The position numbers and the translations under genes were made by a program. A DNA stretch of 64,000 nucleotides from an uncultured Gemmatimonadaceae bacterium (lineage in GTDB: Bacteria; Gemmatimonadota; Gemmatimonadetes; Gemmatimonadales; Gemmatimonadaceae). The stretch spans positions 1-64,000 of the forward strand of contig CAWGJO010000033.1 of assembly GCA_963822945.1 (NCBI GenBank). The letters run 5' to 3'. The stretch's first letter is position 1. Every line of letters begins with the position of its first letter. Below are positions 58,599 to 64,000 of the stretch, one piece after another. The notes beneath the pieces are model-generated. The model saw only the letters and a list, made by a program, of their open reading frames with translations, did no database searches and was not told the DNA's origin.

Positions 58599-59660
58599 TC
58601 AAAACTGGCGGGTGGACGCTCCCCGCGCCAGCGCGGCCCAGAGTGTCGGATCTTCCGTGCCGAGCACCCAGACCGAGTAGCCGCGCAGATGGTACTGCGA
58701 GACGAGCGCCAGCTTGTCCATGAAAGCGCGGGTATTCTCGATCCACAGGTAGCGGAACACCCCGTTCTCGCTCCACACGGCGTAGGGTGATTTCTGGACA
58801 CTGTCCCACACGGCGTGCACGCGGTTGGCGGTGAGCAGACTCTCGGCGCGCACGTACGGGACGTCGCGCCCGCGCATGCGGGAGCCCTCCTTCTCGGTGT
58901 ACGACGGGAACCACCAGTCCGAATACGACGGAATGCCGAGCGATATCTTGGACGGCGGCACGCCGAGGGCGAGCAGGTGCCGCAGGCACGCCTCCATCCA
59001 CGGATAGCCGGCCACCGGGCCGGCCGGCGATCCGCCCGTGTGTTCGGCGTACGTCATGTACGAGATGAAGTCGAGCGTGTCGGCCAGCGCCTTGTAGTCG
59101 TAGACGCCGCGCCAGTTAGCGAAGATCCACCGGTCGTAGCTGTTGGTGCCGGGATCGTCGCTCGCCCGGGGCACCACGGCGGCGGAGAGCGTGCACCCGG
59201 CGTGGTGCACCGAGTCCACCGCTTCGCGGACGAAGGCGGTGAACCGGTGCTTGTCGAACACGTTCACGTTCTCAAGGTCGAACTGGATTCCGTCCAGGTG
59301 CTGCGTGCGGCAGAGCGCGGCGAGACTGCGCATCGCGCGGCGCCACGCGGTCCGATTGGTGAGCACGTGATGAATGGCGGGCTGGCTGAACCCGGGGTTC
59401 ATCACGAGCGGCACGAGCTTCACGTGGTGTTCGTGGGCGGCGGCGACGACGCGCGGGTCGATGCGGCCGGTGATGCGCCCGTTGGACTGGAGCGCGAACA
59501 CCTGCGGGGCGACGACGTCGATCTGACTGGCGTGCTCGACGAAGTGCACCGTGCTGGAGTCGGCGCCGGTGGAGTACCAGAGGGCTTCGGGGTGCTGCGC
59601 TTGGGCCCCGGTGGAGATCAGGGCGAGGGCGAGGAGGGGGGCGCCGAGGGAGGGACGCAT
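58599..59660 (-). CDS. Secreted glycoside hydrolase family 18 protein
   Basis: Signal peptide; DGIQFDLE; YMTYAEH; LGIPSY; GYSVWVLGTED. Confidence 0.88.
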   Translation of the reverse strand: MRPSLGAPLLALALISTGAQAQHPEALWYSTGADSSTVHFVEHASQIDVVAPQVFALQSNGRITGRIDPRVVAAAHEHHVKLVPLVMNPGFSQPAIHHVLTNRTAWRRAMRSLAALCRTQHLDGIQFDLENVNVFDKHRFTAFVREAVDSVHHAGCTLSAAVVPRASDDPGTNSYDRWIFANWRGVYDYKALADTLDFISYMTYAEHTGGSPAGPVAGYPWMEACLRHLLALGVPPSKISLGIPSYSDWWFPSYTEKEGSRMRGRDVPYVRAESLLTANRVHAVWDSVQKSPYAVWSENGVFRYLWIENTRAFMDKLALVSQYHLRGYSVWVLGTEDPTLWAALARGASTRQF

Positions 59661-59668
59661 TGGACGGG

Positions 59669-59850
59669 CGGTGGGTCGGTGGGTCGGTGGGTCGGACGTC
59701 GGACAGTCGGACAGTCGGACAGTCGGACAGTCAAACGGCGGAACGGAGAAACCGCGGAACCACGAAACGGCGCAAGGGCGAAAGGGCGCAAGGGCGAAAC
59801 GGCGAAACGGCGAAAGGGCGAAACGGCGCAACGGCGCAACCGCGAAAGGG
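59669..59850. repeat. Composite 8-bp-period tract: (CGGTGGGT)3, (CGGACAGT)4, 14 x CG(A/C)AA(C/G)GG-like units
   Basis: Read directly at 59669-59692, 59700-59731 and 59739-59850. Confidence 0.95.
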
Positions 59851-59906
59851 CGGGCTGTCGGAGCGTAGATGAGGCGCACATAATAGAGCGCCCAATCAGA
59901 ACCGCA

Positions 59907-60371
59907 ATGACTTCCGAGCCCAACTCCCCCGGTCCCGACCAAGTGTTCCGCTCCAGGGTCGATCTCTGGCTCGTGCTGGTGGCGCTGGTGGCATCCGTCG
60001 GCGGACTTGCGGTCGCCATGGCGAGCCCGTCCACCAACGCCGGGCTCGGCAGGGGGGTCGGGATCGGGATCACGGGCGGTACGGGCCTGTTGGTCGTCCT
60101 GCTGTTCTGGTGGACCTACCGGTCCACCGCCTACACGCTCGACGACGACACGCTCGACGTGCGGTGCGGAGGCCTGCACTGGCACGTTGCCTGCCGCGAC
60201 ATCACGCGCGTGGAATATTCAGGAAACGTACTTTCTGCGCCCGCGCTCTCGTTGCGCCGGTTGAAGGTGTGCTACGGGAAATCCGGGTGGCTGTTGATCT
60301 CGCCGCAGGACCGCGAGGCGTTCATCGCGGCCCTGCAGCGGCGGGTGCCGGGCCTGGTGGTCAAGCGGTAG
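59907..60371 (+). CDS. Bacterial PH-domain membrane protein
   Basis: FRSRVD.W, two TM helices, SAPALSLRRL.V.YG..LLISP. Confidence 0.85.
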   Translation: MTSEPNSPGPDQVFRSRVDLWLVLVALVASVGGLAVAMASPSTNAGLGRGVGIGITGGTGLLVVLLFWWTYRSTAYTLDDDTLDVRCGGLHWHVACRDITRVEYSGNVLSAPALSLRRLKVCYGKSGWLLISPQDREAFIAALQRRVPGLVVKR

Positions 60372-60428
60372 GCGGTGCCGATCCCGGTTTGAGACCGGCA
60401 GCACCGCGCTCCCCGCGGGCCCCCGCGC

Positions 60429-62292
60429 TCAGTGCGAACGATCGTTGGGACGCAGGTCGTCGAGGATCGGGTGGTCGAGTCCCTGGAGCGTGGAATGTTC
60501 CGGCGCGAGCAGGTCGAACACCACGACGTCGTTGCGACCCGCACGCAGCCACGGTCCCGGCACGTAGAGCGTCTGCTCCGGACCGATGCCCCAGAAGCGC
60601 CCGAGCTGGTGGCCGTTCACCCAGACGGTGCCCTTGCCCCAGTCGCGCATGTCGAGAAAGGTGTCGCCGGTGCGGGTGAGATCGAACGCTCCGACGTAGA
60701 ACCCCGCCGTCTGCATCGGCTCGAACGACATCATCCGGATCGACCGCTGGCACTCGACGGCACCCGTCACCTGGCAGTCGAGCTCCGAGAGATCGCGCAT
60801 GGGGAATGTGTACACGTTCCAGCCGGTGAGCTCGCGCCCCGCCAGCGTCACGCGGTGCGTGATGCCCTTCTCCTCGTAGCGCAGCGGCCTGGCGAAGTTC
60901 ACGCGCCCGCTGTTCTCGACCAGAATCGAGAGACGGGCGTGCGCCGGCACGACGATCGGCATGCTGTCCTCGCCCAACCGGCGGTCGAGCGTGCCTTTCA
61001 GCACGTCGTCCACGTAGACCTGCGCATAGTCGCGCACGTCGCGGATGACGAGCTCGCCACTCGCCGAATCTCCCACTGTCGTGCGGTACAGGATGTAGCC
61101 ATACGACTGGCCGAAGCTCTCCATGTTGCGCGGGTGCTGCGACGCGCACCGGCTTCGGAAGGTGGTCGAAGATCGACGCGATCGGCACGAGGTCGAACGC
61201 CGGCACCGCTATCGGCGCCGGCGTCTCCGGCACCGGCGGCGGGGTCACACCCGTGGCCTTGGCGATCGCGTCGCGGAACATGAAGTACTTGGGCGTCGGC
61301 CGGCCCGGACTCGTCGAGCGCCGCGTCGTAGTCGTAGCTCGACGTCTGCGGGTGGTAGTGCCCGCCGTCGATGTTGGCGCCGTTCATGAACCCCGGCGTC
61401 GTGCCGCCGTGGAACATGTAGATGCTCACCGAATAGCCGCGGTCGAGCATCCAGCTCAGTTCCTTCGTCTGCCGCGCCGCGTTGGTGGTGTGGTGCGGCT
61501 GCCCCCACTGATCGAACCAGCCGGCCCAGTATTCGCCGCTCATCAACGGCTCGCCGGGTTTGAAGCGCGCGAGCCGCGCGAACGCGCTGTCCGCCTCGCC
61601 GGGGCCGAAGTTCACCACCGCCGGCAACTCGGGGAGGGTGCCGTTGGGCAACTGCACGTCGCCGTCGGCAGTGAACAGGTACACGTCGTTGAACCCGGCG
61701 TGCCGCAGCGCGCCGAGCTGCCAGCGCAGGTAGTCCTTGTCCTTGCCGAACGAGCCGTACTCGTTCTCCACCTGCACGGCGATGATCGGACCGCCGCGGC
61801 TGGCCAGGAAGGGCGTCACCACCTTGCCGAGCGTGTCGAGCCACGCCTCGGCGGGCTTGGTGAACTTCGGATCGGTGCTGCGCAGCACGATGCTCGTGTC
61901 GGCGAACAGCCATCCCGGGTATCCGCCCAGCTCCCACTCCGCGCACACGTACGGTCCCGGGCGCAGGATCACGTGCAGCCCCACCTGTTGCGCCGTCCGC
62001 AGATACTCGGCGATGTCGCGCTGACCCGAGAAGTCGAAATGGCCCGGCGTCGGCTCGTGGAAGTTCCAGAACACGTACGTCGTGATGGTGTTGAGGCCCA
62101 TCGCCTTGGCCTTCTCCATCCGGTCGCGCCAGTACTCGCGCGGCACGCGCGCGTAGTGCATGGAACCGGAGATGATCTGGAAGGGTTTACCGTTCAGAAC
62201 GAAGTGGCCGGAGTCGGCGGTCAACGGCCCGGTCTGTGCACGGGCCGTGGTGCCGAGGGCGATCAGGCAGAGCAGAGCAGGAGTCGGCGCAT
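60429..62292 (-). CDS. Beta-galactosidase, GH35 (frameshifts near 62265, 61305 and 61135)
   Basis: SGSMHYARVP, RPGPYVCAEW, QVENEYG, EYWAGWFD, YMFHGGT, SYDYDA; C-terminal ENSGRVN, WGKG..NG..LGRFW..GPEQTLYVP. Confidence 0.92.
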
Positions 62293-62379
62293 GGGCAGAA
62301 GATACCTCACGGCGCTCCGCCCGTCAGCACGCCGCCACGGCGGTGAGAAACCACCGCGGCAGAGTCCGCCAGCACGTGC

Positions 62380-62530
62380 TCCGTTCAGTTCCGTTGTCCT
62401 CCGTTCGGTCCGTATCCGATTCGTAGAATGCCGAACGGCAGGGTTGCCGGTGGCGTCCGTGGGGCTCAACGGGGCAGGCGCCCACGAGTTTGGATACGGA
62501 CTGTACGGACCGGAACGGACCGGAACTGAG
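62380..62530. repeat. Gene-less back-to-back pair of GxxExxY-type arms (D and C)
   Basis: TCCGTTCAGT TCCGTTG.. TCCGTTCGG TCCGTATC.. TTCGTAG parallels 37102-37150 unit by unit; the right arm has the CCGTG..GCTCAAC leader and GATACGGA/GAACGGA units. Confidence 0.8.
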
Positions 62531-62620
62531 AAGGCAGATGTGGCCTCACGCTCTGGTCGCGTCACCCGGGAAGCGGTACTATCTGGTATCTCCTATCTGC
62601 TCACCGCCCACCGAGTCGTC

Positions 62621-63920
62621 ATGCGCCGATACGGACCTCTGATCTGCACCGTCGCCCTCGCGTTCGTCCCGCTTTCACTGAGAGCCCAGCAGCTCTCGGC
62701 GAGCGAGCAAGCCATGGTGCGCGCCGTGGACGCGCACAACGCCGAGGCGCTGGCGCTGCTCCAACGCATCGTCGACATCAACAGCGGCACGATGAACTTC
62801 GCCGGCGTTCGCCAGGTGGCGGACGTACTGCGTCCCGAGTTCGATGCCCTCGGGTTCACGACGCGCTGGGTGGACGGTGCCTCGTTCGACCGTGCGGGAC
62901 ACCTGGTGGCCGAACATCCGGGGCCCGGGCCCAAGCTGCTTCTCATCGGCCACATGGACACGGTGTTCCCGGTGACGAGCACGTTTCAGCGCTGGACGCA
63001 GATCGACGACTCCACGGCCACCGGCCCGGGGATCATCGACATGAAGGGCGGCGACGTGATCATCCTCTATGCGCTGCGTGCGCTGAAGGACGCGGGCGCA
63101 GCTGGAGCGGATGAACGTGACCGTGGTGTTCGACGGCGACGAGGAGAATGCGGGCGCCCCGCTGTCGGCGGCGCGCCGGGCGCTCATCGACGCGGCAAAG
63201 GGGGCGAAGGCGGCCATCGGATTCGAGGACGGCGCGGCCGATCCGGCGACCGCCGTGATCTCCCGCCGCGGGGCGGGCAGCTGGACGCTCACCACCACCG
63301 GCAACGCCGGCCACTCGTCCCAGATCTTCCGGAGCGACATCGGCGCCGGTGCGGTGTTCGAGGCGTCACGCATTCTGAACGCCTTCTACACGCAGCTCCG
63401 GGGCGAGCGCTACCTGACCTTCAACCCCGGGCTGGCGCTCGGCGGCACAACGGTGGCGCTCGACAGCAACGCGGCCGCCGGCCGGGCGGCCGGCGAGCAC
63501 AACGTGGTGGCCGAGCACATGGTGGTGAGCGGCGACATCCGGACGCTGTCGCCGGCGCAACTCGCCGCCACGAAGCAGACCATGCGGGACATCGTGTCGC
63601 ACCATCTGCCGCAGACCAACGCCACCATCGCGTTCGACGACGGGTATCCGCCGATGGCGCCCACCGACGGCAACCGCCGGCTGCTGGCGCTGTACGACCA
63701 GGCCAGCCGGGACCTCGGGTTCGGCGGCGTGGCGGCGGTGGATCCCTCACGCGCCGGCGCCGCCGACGTGGCGTTCGTGGCCGATCAGGTGCCGATGGTC
63801 ATCGACGGCATCGGCCTGTCGGGACACGACGACCACAGCGAGAAGGAGACCGCGTATCTCAATTGGCTGCCGCGGCTGACCAAGCGTGCCGCGGTTCTGT
63901 TGCACCGACTTTCACAGTGA
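62621..63920 (+). CDS. Secreted M20 family peptidase (glutamate carboxypeptidase-like; frameshift near 63098)
   Basis: Signal peptide; IGHMDTV, DMKGG, GDEE, FED, AGAAD, DHS. Confidence 0.9.
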
Positions 63921-63928
63921 GCCACGCC

Positions 63929-64000
63929 ATGGATCCCCGTGCCGTCGCACCTGCCGAAATCCTCCGCATCAACACCAAACTCTTCCGCAACTGCCTGCAC
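63929..64000 (+). CDS. 5' fragment of a gene, possibly DinB-like (truncated by window)
   Basis: ATG 8 bp after the M20 stop; open frame MDPRAVAPAEILRINTKLFRNCLH to the window end. Confidence 0.4.
   Translation, partial: MDPRAVAPAEILRINTKLFRNCLH

Noticed and set aside
59272..59298. Inactive GH18 because DxDxE reads QFDLE
   Set aside because: The catalytic Glu and adjacent Asp are retained, and the first position varies in non-chitinase GH18 subfamilies
990..63098. Programmed frameshifting or mass pseudogenisation
   Set aside because: Indels hit unrelated genes without slippery-site/structure signatures or other decay; sequencing error is more parsimonious

Overview
GC-rich (~70%) bacterial chromosomal segment. 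The gene repertoire (many secreted M28/M1/M20 peptidases, VPS10/BNR propeller, PadR plus duplicated orphan permease, Oar-like receptor, cruF/cruG carotenoid genes) suggests Gemmatimonadota or a similar lineage (inference). About 53 genes; I see no rRNA, tRNA or CRISPR array. Many genes carry single-base frameshifts, often in G/C runs, most likely long-read assembly errors. Main blocks: HD-PaiA-PaiB; His-rich propeller + small secreted protein + multicopper oxidase; carotenoid-glycoside cluster (crtB, cruF, crtI, cruG) with a mirror-symmetric divergent promoter carrying CarH/LitR-like boxes; PadR/ADOP; MdtABC-like RND pump; transporters and secreted hydrolases. The most unusual signal is a GxxExxY (PD-(D/E)XK-type) nuclease gene at 36692-37102. 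It is enclosed by ~90-bp inverted arms built from ordered GAACGGA-type units, a third arm lies beside it, and a gene-less two-arm copy lies at 62380-62530. Intergenic 8-bp tandem arrays (CCGACTGT)n also occur at four sites. Together these look like an uncharacterised nuclease plus dispersed-repeat system analogous to RAYT/REP-REPIN (hypothesis).
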